Part shown: positions 35,504 through 45,509 of the stretch, one piece after another
How the letters are laid out: every line of letters begins with the position of its first letter
Position numbering within the stretch: position 1 is the first letter of the stretch
Source: Deltaproteobacteria bacterium
Lineage (GTDB): Bacteria > Desulfobacterota > Binatia > UBA12015
Direction: 5' to 3'
Assembly (NCBI GenBank): GCA_046583355.1
Contig: JAYGCM010000019.1
Span: 8,381-72,380, forward strand
Length of the DNA stretch: 64,000 bases
Notes under the pieces: model-generated
The model's input: only the letters and a program-made list of their open reading frames with translations
What the model was told of the DNA's origin: nothing
The model's database searches: none
Translations under genes and position numbers: made by a program

Positions 35504-36286
35504 TTAATGCGCGACTTCGCCCGAAGTGACATCCAGACATTGGCCGGTGATCGAGCGTGACATCTCGCTGAGGAAGAAGACCACGGCGTCGGCGATTTCA
35601 TCGGGTTCCGGCGCACGGCGCAACATCAACGAGCCGAGAATCTCCTCCTCGGCGGCCGCGGCCGTACCGCCCGTCTCGGCCGCCTGCATCTGCGCCACCA
35701 ACTCGACGACAGCGGCTCCGATATAACCCGGTGCCACCATATTCACGCGGATTCCGTCCGGGCCGTTCTCGGCAGCCAGGCTGCGCCCCATACCGAGGAG
35801 CGCATGCTTGGCCATCTTGTAGGGGCCATAGGCGGGCGGCTGCTTGCGCAGCACAACCGAGCCAATCATGACGATCGAGCCGCCACCCTGCCGTTTCATA
35901 TGCGGCAGGACGGCCTGAGAAAGGCGCAGCGGCGCGTAGACGTTGACCTCAAACGAGGATTGGATCTTCGCGAGATCATAGTCGGCAAGCGCGCCAAAGG
36001 GCGGCATGCGGAAGGCATTGTTGACCAATCCATCGACCCGACCGAATTCCTCGATGGTGCGCACCACCAGAGCGTCGCAATCTTCGGGCTTGGTCAGATC
36101 CGTCGGAACCGCGAGCGCACGCCGCCCGAGCGCCTCGACTTCCCTCGCCACAGCATCGAGTCGCTCGGCGGTACGCGCGGCCAGAACCACATCGGCTCCC
36201 GCCGCCGCCGCACGTAGCGCTGTTGAGCGCCCCAGCCCCGGCCCGATACCCGAAACAATCACCACTTTGCCTGCCAGAAGATCCAT
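35504..36286 (-). CDS. SDR family oxidoreductase
   Basis: SGIGPGLG, VNNA, YxxxK (YKMAK), ITGQCLDV. Confidence 0.9.
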   Translation of the reverse strand: MDLLAGKVVIVSGIGPGLGRSTALRAAAAGADVVLAARTAERLDAVAREVEALGRRALAVPTDLTKPEDCDALVVRTIEEFGRVDGLVNNAFRMPPFGALADYDLAKIQSSFEVNVYAPLRLSQAVLPHMKRQGGGSIVMIGSVVLRKQPPAYGPYKMAKHALLGMGRSLAAENGPDGIRVNMVAPGYIGAAVVELVAQMQAAETGGTAAAAEEEILGSLMLRRAPEPDEIADAVVFFLSEMSRSITGQCLDVTSGEVAH

Positions 36287-36401
36287 CCATTCCCCTTTGC
36301 TGTTTCGAAACTATCGCGCCAGCCCGCAACCACAACGGCCCACCGCCGATTTTGCGCTGACGGATCGATTGGCGTCGGCAAAGCTGCTAGACCTGCCAAC
36401 C

Positions 36402-36545
36402 ATGCAGGGTGGTGGGATGGTGGAAGAAGCAGCGACAGAGCGGGAGGCGACACCGCTTCCGATCACGCTGGCATTGCTGGTCTGGGCAACAGTAGCCCTC
36501 GTTTTGGTAGGAGCAGCGATTCTCGGCGGCCAACCGCCGGTATAG
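36402..36545 (+). CDS. Possible small membrane protein
   Basis: 47-aa ORF with one strong hydrophobic helix in an otherwise empty gap. Confidence 0.3.
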   Translation: MQGGGMVEEAATEREATPLPITLALLVWATVALVLVGAAILGGQPPV

Positions 36546-36623
36546 CAACGCGGCCCGCGCTATTTGGTCTGCGGCGGCCTGGTCGCGGCGTACCCATTAT
36601 GCGCGACGGCGCGAATCCTGCGC

Positions 36624-36656
36624 AAAAAAAAGCCCCCGACCCGAGGGTCGAGGGCT
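36624..36656 (-). terminator. Rho-independent terminator of the porin-like gene
   Basis: AGCCCTCGACCC-TC-GGGTCGGGGGC hairpin followed by T8 on the minus strand. Confidence 0.8.
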
Positions 36657-36718
36657 CCGAAGTCCCCACGGCAGCGACAGCGACCGGACAAAATGCCGCT
36701 GCCGCCGCGCAGGAAGGA

Positions 36719-37657
36719 TCAGTAATCCATCGAGATGCCCATGCCGAAGTTCGGCTGCCAGGCACTGCCCGTCCGGATCGCGGCGCTCTGCCAGATGCCG
36801 TAGACACCAGCCGCAACCGACCAATCACCGTAACCGGCAGGCACGAAGGCGAGCGGTACCGAAGCAACGGCACCAACCGTACCCCAGCCGAGGTCATTAT
36901 CGCCGAAGTAGCCTTCGTACATCGAGACACCAAGCGCCACCGGCGTCGAGATGCTGACCGGGTAGTCGCTGTTTTCCAGCACGGTACAACCCGGCTCAAT
37001 GCCGAACTCAAAATACCCTGCATTGTTGCCCTCGAAGGCCGTCTGATCCCGATGGATCTCAAACGCAAACGTCGCATAAGGCGAAAGCGCAAAGGCTCCG
37101 AGAAGATCGGAGTCATCATAGCTCAGAGCGATATCGATCTCGCCGATATCACCACCTGTGCTCGGGTACGTATAAGCGATGTAGCTGACGCTGGCGCTCA
37201 AACCGTGACCAAGCGAGGTGCTGATGCCGGCATAGAAATCCGACTCGTACCAGTTATGAGGCGACTGGCCTCCGAGGACTTCATCACCCTTCGTGTTGAT
37301 GCTGTTCCACGTGCCGAAAAAGAGCGACACGTCGCCAAAATGTCCGGCGCCGTTATCCACCAACTGAATACCGATTTCGGCCCAGGGCTGAACCTGAAGG
37401 CCGGCGATCTGCTGCGTATAGCCGCGGAAGAAGTACTTGTCGGAGAAGTCGACCCCGGCCGAAATGCTGACCATGCCGTTATTTCCGGCCGCGCAATCCG
37501 CACATTCCACCGCTTCGACGACCACGACCTCTTCGCCCACAATCACGGCGTCCCCTGCAGCCACATCGGCCTGAGCCACACCAACCAAGGCGAGCGAACC
37601 CGCCGCCACAAATGCCGCCGTCAGGCGAGCGCTCTTCGATCTCTCAAACATTCCCAT
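36719..37657 (-). CDS. Outer-membrane beta-barrel protein (TorF/TIGR02001-like putative porin)
   Basis: GAGGAGG RBS; signal peptide; SDKYFFRG..Q, WYESDFYAG; terminal aromatic residue (ISMDY). Confidence 0.7.
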   Translation of the reverse strand: MGMFERSKSARLTAAFVAAGSLALVGVAQADVAAGDAVIVGEEVVVVEAVECADCAAGNNGMVSISAGVDFSDKYFFRGYTQQIAGLQVQPWAEIGIQLVDNGAGHFGDVSLFFGTWNSINTKGDEVLGGQSPHNWYESDFYAGISTSLGHGLSASVSYIAYTYPSTGGDIGEIDIALSYDDSDLLGAFALSPYATFAFEIHRDQTAFEGNNAGYFEFGIEPGCTVLENSDYPVSISTPVALGVSMYEGYFGDNDLGWGTVGAVASVPLAFVPAGYGDWSVAAGVYGIWQSAAIRTGSAWQPNFGMGISMDY

Positions 37658-37692
37658 TCTCTTTCCTCCTCTGAATATGCTGGACGAACCCG

Positions 37693-37728
37693 GGCATGAA
37701 AACGAACTCATTCCAATGAGTTCATGCC
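37693..37728 (-). promoter_or_regulatory. Leader hairpin, terminator-like, upstream of the porin gene
   Basis: GAACTCATT-GG-AATGAGTTC then GTTTTC, enclosed by GGCATG/CATGCC. Confidence 0.45.
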
Positions 37729-38106
37729 TCTTGAGTCGCCTCTCTCCGTCTTTCGATCGGTGAGCGAATCCCGCATCACGGGCCACACACCCTCCCCACA
37801 GCAACCATCCCGTACGCCACGCGCGGTCCGCGCAGCGAGAAGTACAAGCGAACTGTATAAAATTTTACCCCGGCAACGCAAGCGCCCCGAAATTTCTCCT
37901 CAAGACGGCTCCGCTTCGTGCACCGACTGCCCAAAAAGACACCATATCCAATGCCTTGGTGCCCACCAAAGCAGCCCCGACAGGCCGGATCTGGCCTCCC
38001 CTTCGCCTGAATCGCCGGTAAATCCTCTCAACCGGCACGAAAATCCAGACGCGCACCTCGTTCCGATGGAGACTGGCTGCGGTTCTGATTATGTTCTCGT
38101 TTCGCG

Positions 38107-38901
38107 ATGCGTGTCTATCTGAATCTGATGCAGAGAATTCTGGACGAAGGAAAGGACCGGGACGACCGGACGGGGACCGGCACCCGCAGCGTCTTCGGCC
38201 ACCAGATGCGCTTTGACCTGCGCGAGGGCTTCCCCTGCCTCACCACCAAGAAGCTCCACCTGCGCTCCATCATCATCGAGCTGCTCTGGTTCCTGCGCGG
38301 CGAGACGAATATTGCGTGGCTCAAAGAGAACGGCGTCTCGATCTGGAATGAGTGGGCCGATGAGGCCGGCGAGCTCGGCCCGGTCTACGGCCACCAATGG
38401 CGCTCCTGGCCGCGCATGGATGGCGGCACGATCGACCAGATCGCCTGGCTGGAAAACGAGATCCGGCAAAATCCCGACTCGCGCCGGCTCATCGTCTCGG
38501 CCTGGAACCCGGCCGATGTAGAGAAGATGGCGCTACCGCCCTGCCATTGCCTCTTCCAATTCTATGTCGCCGAGGGCCGCCTCTCCTGCCAACTCTACCA
38601 ACGCAGCGCCGATGTCTTCTTGGGCGTGCCCTTCAATATTGCCTCCTATGCGCTGCTCACCGCCATGCTCGCCCACACCACCGGGCTTGAACCGGGCGAG
38701 TTCATTCACACACTCGGCGACGCACACCTCTATTCGAACCATCTCGGCCAGGCCCGGTTACAGATCAGCCGTGCCCCACGTGCCTTGCCACGCTTGAAAA
38801 TCACGCGCGACATCAATTCGATTTTCGATTTCCGCTACGAAGATTTCGCGCTGGAGGGTTACGAGCCACACCCGCATATCAAGGCGGCGGTCGCGGTTTG
38901 A
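38107..38901 (+). CDS. thyA: Thymidylate synthase
   Basis: [51 protein letters not shown]; 264 aa. Confidence 0.97.
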   Translation: MRVYLNLMQRILDEGKDRDDRTGTGTRSVFGHQMRFDLREGFPCLTTKKLHLRSIIIELLWFLRGETNIAWLKENGVSIWNEWADEAGELGPVYGHQWRSWPRMDGGTIDQIAWLENEIRQNPDSRRLIVSAWNPADVEKMALPPCHCLFQFYVAEGRLSCQLYQRSADVFLGVPFNIASYALLTAMLAHTTGLEPGEFIHTLGDAHLYSNHLGQARLQISRAPRALPRLKITRDINSIFDFRYEDFALEGYEPHPHIKAAVAV

Positions 38902-39392
38902 GGGTCTCGCTGATCGTCGCGGCAGCCGAGAACAATGTCATCGGCAAAGACGGCGCGCTGCCTTGGCGGCTGCCCGACGACCTCAAGCATTTCAAAGCGC
39001 TGACCCGCGGCCACCATATAGTGATGGGAAGGCGCACCTGGGAGTCGATCGGCCGCGTACTGCCCGAGCGCGTGAGCATCGTGCTTTCGCGACAGCCCGC
39101 ACTGGCGCTGGAAGGCGCCCATGTGGTCGCCGGCATAGGTGCCGCGCTGGCGCTGGCCGAGGCCGCCGGCGAAGACGAAGCCTTCGTGATCGGCGGGGCT
39201 GCGGTCTATGCAGCCGCGCTGCCACGCACCGACCGCATCCATCTGACCCGCGTCCACGCCACAATCGAAGGCGATACCGGCCTGCCCGCCTGGCCGGCCG
39301 AGCAATTCGTCGAGACCTCGGCCGAGATGCACCCGGCCGACGAAAAACACCCGTATAGCTTCAGCTTCATCGAGCTCAACCGAATCGGCTAG
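38898..39392 (+). CDS. folA: Dihydrofolate reductase
   Basis: [33 protein letters not shown]; overlaps thyA stop. Confidence 0.95.
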   Translation: MRVSLIVAAAENNVIGKDGALPWRLPDDLKHFKALTRGHHIVMGRRTWESIGRVLPERVSIVLSRQPALALEGAHVVAGIGAALALAEAAGEDEAFVIGGAAVYAAALPRTDRIHLTRVHATIEGDTGLPAWPAEQFVETSAEMHPADEKHPYSFSFIELNRIG

Positions 39393-39503
39393 AGATTCGG
39401 CCCGCCACGGCGCTTGGCAGCCCTGGTCGAAAGACTCGCTTTTTCGGCGGCGAGGTTCATCGCGACGCTTGAGGTCCACGGCGTCCCCGGCGATACTCAG
39501 CAG

Positions 39504-40109
39504 GTGGGCAGACATGGACGCAATTGGCGGTATCGGACAGCGCTGGCGGTAGCTTTGGTCTCGTTGGCGGCAGCGGGTGCGGCGGGCGCCGACGATGCAT
39601 GGGTCAGCGGCAAGGTCTCGCTGAACCTGCGCCGTGGGCCGGGAACCCAATACAAGATCATCGGCAAGGTCACCGCCGAAGACCATGTCGAGGTACTTGA
39701 CTCCAAAGAGGGTTGGCGGCAGGTCCTCACCGATCGCGAGCGCAAGGGCTGGATTCCGGCGGGCTACCTTGTCGGCACAGCGCCGGCCAGTGTGCGGCTG
39801 GGCGCGGCCGAAGAAAAACTGGCGGGTGCCGAGCGCGAACTCGCTGCGAGTCGAGCCGAGGCGCAAGCGGAGACGCAGCGGCTGCGCGAGCTTGCCGCGA
39901 GCCTGGCGCGGCAAAACCGGGATATCAGCAGCCGCGACGAAGACCAGCGTACCCGTATCGAGCGTCTCCAAACAGCCAACCGGGAGATGCAAACCGCTCT
40001 GCGCTGGCGCGAGTGGCTGGTCGGTGCAGGCATCCTCGCCGTCGGCATGATCACCGGCGCCCTCCTCGGCCGCAGCGGCCGCAAACGCGGCTCCCGCATC
40101 CGCCTTTAG
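39504..40109 (+). CDS. SH3 domain protein with coiled coil and C-terminal TM (TIGR04211/YgiM-like)
   Basis: Signal peptide; LRRGPGTQYKII..GWI; C-terminal hydrophobic helix and basic tail; start uncertain. Confidence 0.8.
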   Translation: MGRHGRNWRYRTALAVALVSLAAAGAAGADDAWVSGKVSLNLRRGPGTQYKIIGKVTAEDHVEVLDSKEGWRQVLTDRERKGWIPAGYLVGTAPASVRLGAAEEKLAGAERELAASRAEAQAETQRLRELAASLARQNRDISSRDEDQRTRIERLQTANREMQTALRWREWLVGAGILAVGMITGALLGRSGRKRGSRIRL

Positions 40110-40190
40110 CGGGCGGGCGACCGCTGTCTCGACCGCAAAGTCGGGCGGCATCCCGCGCCGCCTGTGGCCGGGCCTCTAGAGGTGCGGCCT

Positions 40191-40466
40191 CTAGGAACCC
40201 AACCGAGAACGGCCGGAGCGCCCACTCGTCCAGCCCGCCTGCGACGAGACAGCATCGACGCCGACCAGGCCCGGCAGCCGGAAGATCTCACGCACCCGCA
40301 CGCCCAACCCCCCCGCGATGCGTAGAGCGGTCGGCAGCGTCGGATGTACATGACCATTTTTGATCCGGTTCAGATGCCCCTGGTCCATCCCGCAAAGGCC
40401 GGCCAACTCGCTCTCGGCCAGACCGCGGCGCGCCATCCACTCACCGATGCGATTCTCGACCGTCAT
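40191..40466 (-). CDS. XRE-family HTH transcriptional regulator
   Basis: NRI..ELAGLCGMDQGHLNRIKNG..PTLPTALRIA..LGV..EIF. Confidence 0.8.
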   Translation of the reverse strand: MTVENRIGEWMARRGLAESELAGLCGMDQGHLNRIKNGHVHPTLPTALRIAGGLGVRVREIFRLPGLVGVDAVSSQAGWTSGRSGRSRLGS

Positions 40467-40732
40467 GCGCCCACCAGCCGCAAGCGTTCGCCGGCCGCAC
40501 GCATGGCCGCACGCGCGGGGCCGCGCTTCACCGCCACCTGCGGTGCGAAAACATCCTCGACCTCAAGGCCAAGGGTCGCCGCGATGCGAATCGCGGTGCC
40601 GACACTCGGCATCGCATGCCCGTTCTTGATCCGGTTCAGATGGCTCTGGTCGAGCCCGCAGTGTTCAGCGAATTCCTTGCCGATCACTCTTTTGGTGAAA
40701 AGAATTCGATGTAGTCGGTTGTGTATGAGCAT
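40463..40732 (-). CDS. XRE-family HTH transcriptional regulator
   Basis: NRL..EFAEHCGLDQSHLNRIKNG..PSVGTAIRIA..LGL..DVF; AGGGGG RBS. Confidence 0.8.
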   Translation of the reverse strand: MLIHNRLHRILFTKRVIGKEFAEHCGLDQSHLNRIKNGHAMPSVGTAIRIAATLGLEVEDVFAPQVAVKRGPARAAMRAAGERLRLVGA

Positions 40733-40836
40733 TTGCGTTCCCCCTGTTTGCGATTTTACCGAAGCATCCGATGACCCGCCCAGAAGGACATGCCTCGCCT
40801 CGACGAGTAAGGCCGCATGGAGTATTCGCAGGCTAT

Positions 40837-41676
40837 ATGAATGGAACTCTTGCGGGGAAAGCGGTGCTGGTCACCGGAGGTGGTACGGGAATCGGGCATG
40901 CGTGCGCAGCCGCGCTGGCCGCCGACGGCGCGCTGGTGACGATTTGCGGACGCACGGAATCGAGCCTGGTCGCGTCGGCCGAGCGTGCCGCCCCAAGCGC
41001 TGCGCACGGCGGCAGCGTCGCCTGGACGCTCTGCGATGTCACCGATGAAGAATCCGTGCGTGCGGCGGTAGCCACGGCGGCCAAGCCGAGCGGCAACCTC
41101 GACGGCCTGGTCGCCAACGCCGGCGGCGGCGGCATGATCGCGCCCCTGCACCTGCAGGATACCGCCGAGTTTCAGCGCGTCCTGGAACTGAATGTGCTCG
41201 GCACCTTCCTCTGCATCAAGCATGCGGTACCGCTGCTGCGCGCCGCCGGCGGCGGTTCTTTCGTCGGCATGTCCTCCCTCGCGGGCCACGTCACGCACCC
41301 TCTTTTCGGTGCCTATACAGCCTCCAAGGCCGGCATCGAACAACTGATGCGCAATGCCGCCGACGAGTTCGGCCCGGCAAAGATCCGCTTCAACTCCGTG
41401 CGCCCGGGCTTCATCGCCACCGAAATCATGGAAGGCATCCCACGCGAGAGCGAAGTCTTCGCAAGCTATGTGAAGAACACACCTCTGGGCGACGTGGGCC
41501 TGCCCGAAGACGTCGGCAACCTCATCCGTTTCCTGATCAGCCCCGAATCGCGCTGGATCACCGGCACCGAAATCAATATCGACGGCGGCCAATCCCTGCG
41601 CCGCGGCCCGGACTTCTCCTCGTTCCTGCGCGACGCGATGGGCGACGACGTCCTGGCCGGCAAGCTGCCCGGGTAG
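40837..41676 (+). CDS. SDR family oxidoreductase
   Basis: VTGGGTGIG, ANAG, YTASK, WITG..IDGG. Confidence 0.9.
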   Translation: MNGTLAGKAVLVTGGGTGIGHACAAALAADGALVTICGRTESSLVASAERAAPSAAHGGSVAWTLCDVTDEESVRAAVATAAKPSGNLDGLVANAGGGGMIAPLHLQDTAEFQRVLELNVLGTFLCIKHAVPLLRAAGGGSFVGMSSLAGHVTHPLFGAYTASKAGIEQLMRNAADEFGPAKIRFNSVRPGFIATEIMEGIPRESEVFASYVKNTPLGDVGLPEDVGNLIRFLISPESRWITGTEINIDGGQSLRRGPDFSSFLRDAMGDDVLAGKLPG

Positions 41677-41681
41677 AGGCA

Positions 41682-41710
41682 CGGCCGAAAAGCAGGCATG
41701 CATCCGGGCG
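41682..41710 (+). repeat. Dispersed intergenic repeat, copy 4
   Basis: CGGCCGAAAAGCAGGCATGCATCCGGGCG. Confidence 0.55.
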
Positions 41711-41726
41711 CGCCTCTAGAGGACGT

Positions 41727-42875
41727 TCAGCCCAGCCAGGCGAGGATCAGGGCGCGGTCCTCGTCGAGTTCGGGGGCGGCGCGGTGGCTCTCGGGCTCGG
41801 GAACGCCGGACATCTTGATCGGGTTGCCGGGGATGCGCAATGTGCCGATTTTCGGGTCGGTCAAGCTGCGAATCATATGGCGCGCGGCGACCTGATCGAG
41901 TTTGGCCACGTCGGCGACCGTATTGATCGGCGATACCGGCACCTTGGCTTCCTCGAGCACTTGCAGCCAATGGGCGGCGTCGGCGCTGGCGAAGGTCGTC
42001 TCGATCTCGGCTTCGAGCGCGTCGACGTTCTCGCGGCGCTGGTCGGCCGAAAGAAAACGCGGGTCGTCTTTGAGGTCGGCGCGACCGATCGCGTCGCAGA
42101 AATCCCAATAGAGTTCGTCATGCCCGGCGCAGACCACGAGTTGGCCCTCTTTGGCATGGAAGGCCTGGAAGGGCGCGATATTCGGATGCCGTGTGCCGAG
42201 CGGACCCGGGACCTCACCGGTGGCGAGGTGGCGCGTGAGCGCGTTCTCCAGGATCGCGACCTGCGCGTCCAGCATCGCCACGTCGATCTTCATGCCGTGG
42301 CCGGTCTCAATGCGTTTATAGAGTGCGGAGCTGATGCCGATCGTGAGGAAGAGCCCCGCGACGATATCGCCCACCGAGACCCCGACCCGGACCGGGTCGC
42401 CACCGAGCGGACCCGTCAGGCTCATCAGGCCGCTCATCGCCTGCACGACCATATCGTAGGCCGGGCGCTGCGACATCGGGCCGGTATGGCCGAAGCCCGA
42501 GGCGGCCGCGTAGATCAGCTTGGGATGCTTCTGGCGCAACGCGTCATAGCCGTAGCCCAGCCGCTCCATCACACCCGGGCGATAATTCTCGACCAACACG
42601 TCGGCCTCGCCGAGAAGCTTGTCGAAAATCGCCTTATCCTCGTCCTTTTTGAGGTCGAGAACGATCGACTCCTTGTCGTAATTCAGGCCCGCATAATAGA
42701 GGCTTTTGCCGCCGATGAAGGGCCCCAGCGTGCGCGCCGCGTCCTGCGCATGCCCGGGGCCTTCGATCTTGATCACCCGCGCGCCGAGATGGCCGAGGAC
42801 CATCGTGCAATAGGGGCCTGCGAGAACGCGCGTCAGGTCAAGAACCGTGATGCCGGAGAGCGGTCGTGGATCCAT
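41727..42875 (-). CDS. CaiB/BaiF (family III) CoA-transferase
   Basis: PLSGITVLDLTRVLAGPY, ENYRPG, YDMVVQA. Confidence 0.92.
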   Translation of the reverse strand: MDPRPLSGITVLDLTRVLAGPYCTMVLGHLGARVIKIEGPGHAQDAARTLGPFIGGKSLYYAGLNYDKESIVLDLKKDEDKAIFDKLLGEADVLVENYRPGVMERLGYGYDALRQKHPKLIYAAASGFGHTGPMSQRPAYDMVVQAMSGLMSLTGPLGGDPVRVGVSVGDIVAGLFLTIGISSALYKRIETGHGMKIDVAMLDAQVAILENALTRHLATGEVPGPLGTRHPNIAPFQAFHAKEGQLVVCAGHDELYWDFCDAIGRADLKDDPRFLSADQRRENVDALEAEIETTFASADAAHWLQVLEEAKVPVSPINTVADVAKLDQVAARHMIRSLTDPKIGTLRIPGNPIKMSGVPEPESHRAAPELDEDRALILAWLG

Positions 42876-42984
42876 GATGGTGGATCTAAGGGTTCGGCGG
42901 AAAAGCACAACGGCCGCGCTGGACCTCGGGGCGGTTTCTTGAGAGGAGATCGAGGACCCGTTTCGAGCCAAAGGGAGAAGATTC

Positions 42985-45480
42985 ATGCGCAAGCTTGCCA
43001 CTATTTCGCCGCTGGCGATTTCCTTATTTGTCCTTGGCCTTCTCGGCCCTGTCCCGGCGTCGGCGCAGGAAAAAGGGACCGACAACGACGACGTGCCGCC
43101 AGCTGTGTCGCGCCGAGCCAGTACGCGCATCGAGGAGATCGTCGTCAGCGCGCGCAAGCGCGAAGAGCGCTTGGAGGATACGCCAGTATCGGTCACGGCG
43201 CTGAGCGAGAATATGCTGCGCGATGCCGGCATCGAGCGCCTCGACCAGATCCAGGAATTGGTGCCGAATTTGCAGATCCGCGATGGCATCAACGGCTATG
43301 ACGCTACCGTCATCATCCGCGGTGTCGGCCAAGGCGACTCCGAGATCACCTTTGATCCGGGTGTCGGCATCTACGTCGATGGCGTCTACCTCGCCCGCGC
43401 TCAGGGCTCGGTTCTGAGCCTCGTCGATACGCAGCAGATTGAAATCCTGCGTGGCCCGCAGGGAACCCTCTTCGGCAAGAACACGGTCGGTGGCGCGATC
43501 AGCATCACCACCGTCAAGCCCTCCCAGGAGTTCGGCGCCTCGGCCTTTGTTCGCGTCGGCACCATCGGCACCATCGATACCCGCGCCTCGCTTGACCTGC
43601 CGATCGATATCGGCTGGTTCGAGGATAAATTGTTCTCCCGCTTGACGTTCGCCTCACAAAACTACCGTGGCTACGTCTACGACGAGGGCAACGATGTCTG
43701 GTCCAACGACCATAACGCGATCGGCTTCCTGGGCAGCCTACGCTTCCTGCCATCCGAAGACCTCACCATTGACCTCAGCGGCAGCTGGTTTCGCGACCAC
43801 ACCCGCGGTCGCGCCGGACGCTGCGTCCGGGCAGTCGACTCGACGACCCTGACCAATACCTTCATTCCGGAAGAGGACCGGGAACCCTATTTCGCCTCCT
43901 GTGAGCGCTCCGAACCCTACCGAGTCAACCTCGATATTTCCCAATTGGCCGACATCAGGAGCTACGGCGCCTGGGGCACCGCCACCTACGAACTCGGCGA
44001 GATCGGTGACCTGATCGAAGATCTGCAACTCAAATCGATCTCCTCCTGGCGCGGCCAACAGCCGCGTGACCGCTCGGATATCGACCTCACACCCTTCCCC
44101 ATCGGCCGTCGCGGGACCGCCGGCGGCGCGGGCACCTACGACGGTGGCACCAGTGGACCGCAGCCGGGCCTCGACGGCCGGCCGGGCAGCGCCTGGCAGA
44201 TCAGCGAAGAGGTACAGGCAACCGTCATCGGCTGGGACGAGAGGGCCACTGCGGTCCTGGGCGCCTACGGGTTCTGGGAAAGGGCCGACGCCAACCGCGG
44301 CGAAGAGTTCTTCCCGGGTCCGGCGACCCGGGTCGCCGGCGGAGCCACCACGACGACAATCGAAATCGATAATTGGTCGTGGGCCCTTTTCGGTCAGACC
44401 ACCGTCGACCCGGTCGAATGGCTCGGCCTGACCTTCGGGCTCCGCTACAGCGAGGAAAAAAAGGGCTATAGCCAGCTCAAGGCAATCCCTGAATTCAACG
44501 GCGTCGTGCCGGCACCGCTCGTCGGATTTCAGGATCCGGACACCGGAGAACTCTCGCCTGCCACGGCGTCCGCAATCTATTCGGCGTGGACACCGATGGC
44601 GAGCATCGCCTACCGGATGCCCGAGGCCTTCCTCGACGATACCGAAATCGACAGCCTCATGACCTATTTCACCTTCAGCCGTGGCTACAAAAGTGGCGGC
44701 TTCAACGGTGGGGCACGCTCCAACTCCGAGAAACAACTCAACCCCTTTGAACCCGAGACTCTCGACAACTTCGAAATCGGCGCAAAGATCGTCGCGCTGG
44801 ACCAACAGCTTACGGTGAACACAGCCTTCTTTCGCGGCCAATACAAGAATATCCAGGTACGCACGATTGTCCCGCAGGCCTGCCCCGAAGACCTGCCCGA
44901 TTGCGTGCCCCCGGTCGACCTCGTGATCGAAAACGCGGCCAGCGCAACCACGCAGGGCCTGGAAATCGAGTTTGTCACCATGCCGTTCGAAGGGCTTCGC
45001 GTGCAGGGCTCGTTTGCGCTGCTCGACGCGACCTACAACGATTTCCCGGAGGCAGCGAGCGACCTAGTCGACCCGACCTTCGATCCCGCGAACTCCACGG
45101 TCAATAGGTCGGGCGAGAGCTTCCCCGGTGTGCCGCAGATGCAGACGCATCTGGGGGTGCAATATTCCTTCGAGATCGACCCCGGCATCGAATCGATGCG
45201 CGGCTGGATCACACCGCGCTTTGATTGGTCCTACCAATCCGAGGTTCATTTCTACGGCGCCGAACTGCTCGACGCCTACCAGCCGGGCTATCACCTGCTG
45301 CACCTTCGCCTGAGCTACGATTTCATGGACGACAACGCCCAATTCGCCCTATGGGGGAAGAACATCACGGGGACGCAATACTTCAACCACGTCACCCCGA
45401 TCGCCAGCACGATGGGCACGGTCATCCAATATTACGCGCCGCCCGCCTCCTGGGGTGCCGAGTTCAGCTACCGTTTTTAG
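42985..45480 (+). CDS. TonB-dependent receptor
   Basis: Signal peptide; TonB box IEEIVVSARKREE; plug IEILRGPQGTLFGKN..GGAI; ends EFSYRF. Confidence 0.93.
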   Translation: MRKLATISPLAISLFVLGLLGPVPASAQEKGTDNDDVPPAVSRRASTRIEEIVVSARKREERLEDTPVSVTALSENMLRDAGIERLDQIQELVPNLQIRDGINGYDATVIIRGVGQGDSEITFDPGVGIYVDGVYLARAQGSVLSLVDTQQIEILRGPQGTLFGKNTVGGAISITTVKPSQEFGASAFVRVGTIGTIDTRASLDLPIDIGWFEDKLFSRLTFASQNYRGYVYDEGNDVWSNDHNAIGFLGSLRFLPSEDLTIDLSGSWFRDHTRGRAGRCVRAVDSTTLTNTFIPEEDREPYFASCERSEPYRVNLDISQLADIRSYGAWGTATYELGEIGDLIEDLQLKSISSWRGQQPRDRSDIDLTPFPIGRRGTAGGAGTYDGGTSGPQPGLDGRPGSAWQISEEVQATVIGWDERATAVLGAYGFWERADANRGEEFFPGPATRVAGGATTTTIEIDNWSWALFGQTTVDPVEWLGLTFGLRYSEEKKGYSQLKAIPEFNGVVPAPLVGFQDPDTGELSPATASAIYSAWTPMASIAYRMPEAFLDDTEIDSLMTYFTFSRGYKSGGFNGGARSNSEKQLNPFEPETLDNFEIGAKIVALDQQLTVNTAFFRGQYKNIQVRTIVPQACPEDLPDCVPPVDLVIENAASATTQGLEIEFVTMPFEGLRVQGSFALLDATYNDFPEAASDLVDPTFDPANSTVNRSGESFPGVPQMQTHLGVQYSFEIDPGIESMRGWITPRFDWSYQSEVHFYGAELLDAYQPGYHLLHLRLSYDFMDDNAQFALWGKNITGTQYFNHVTPIASTMGTVIQYYAPPASWGAEFSYRF

Positions 45481-45509
45481 GGGCGCGAGGGGAAAGCGAG
45501 TTTCCCGGC

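Noticed and set aside
38898..39392. dfr as acquired trimethoprim resistance gene
   Set aside because: Ordinary chromosomal thyA-folA pair; no integron or mobile context
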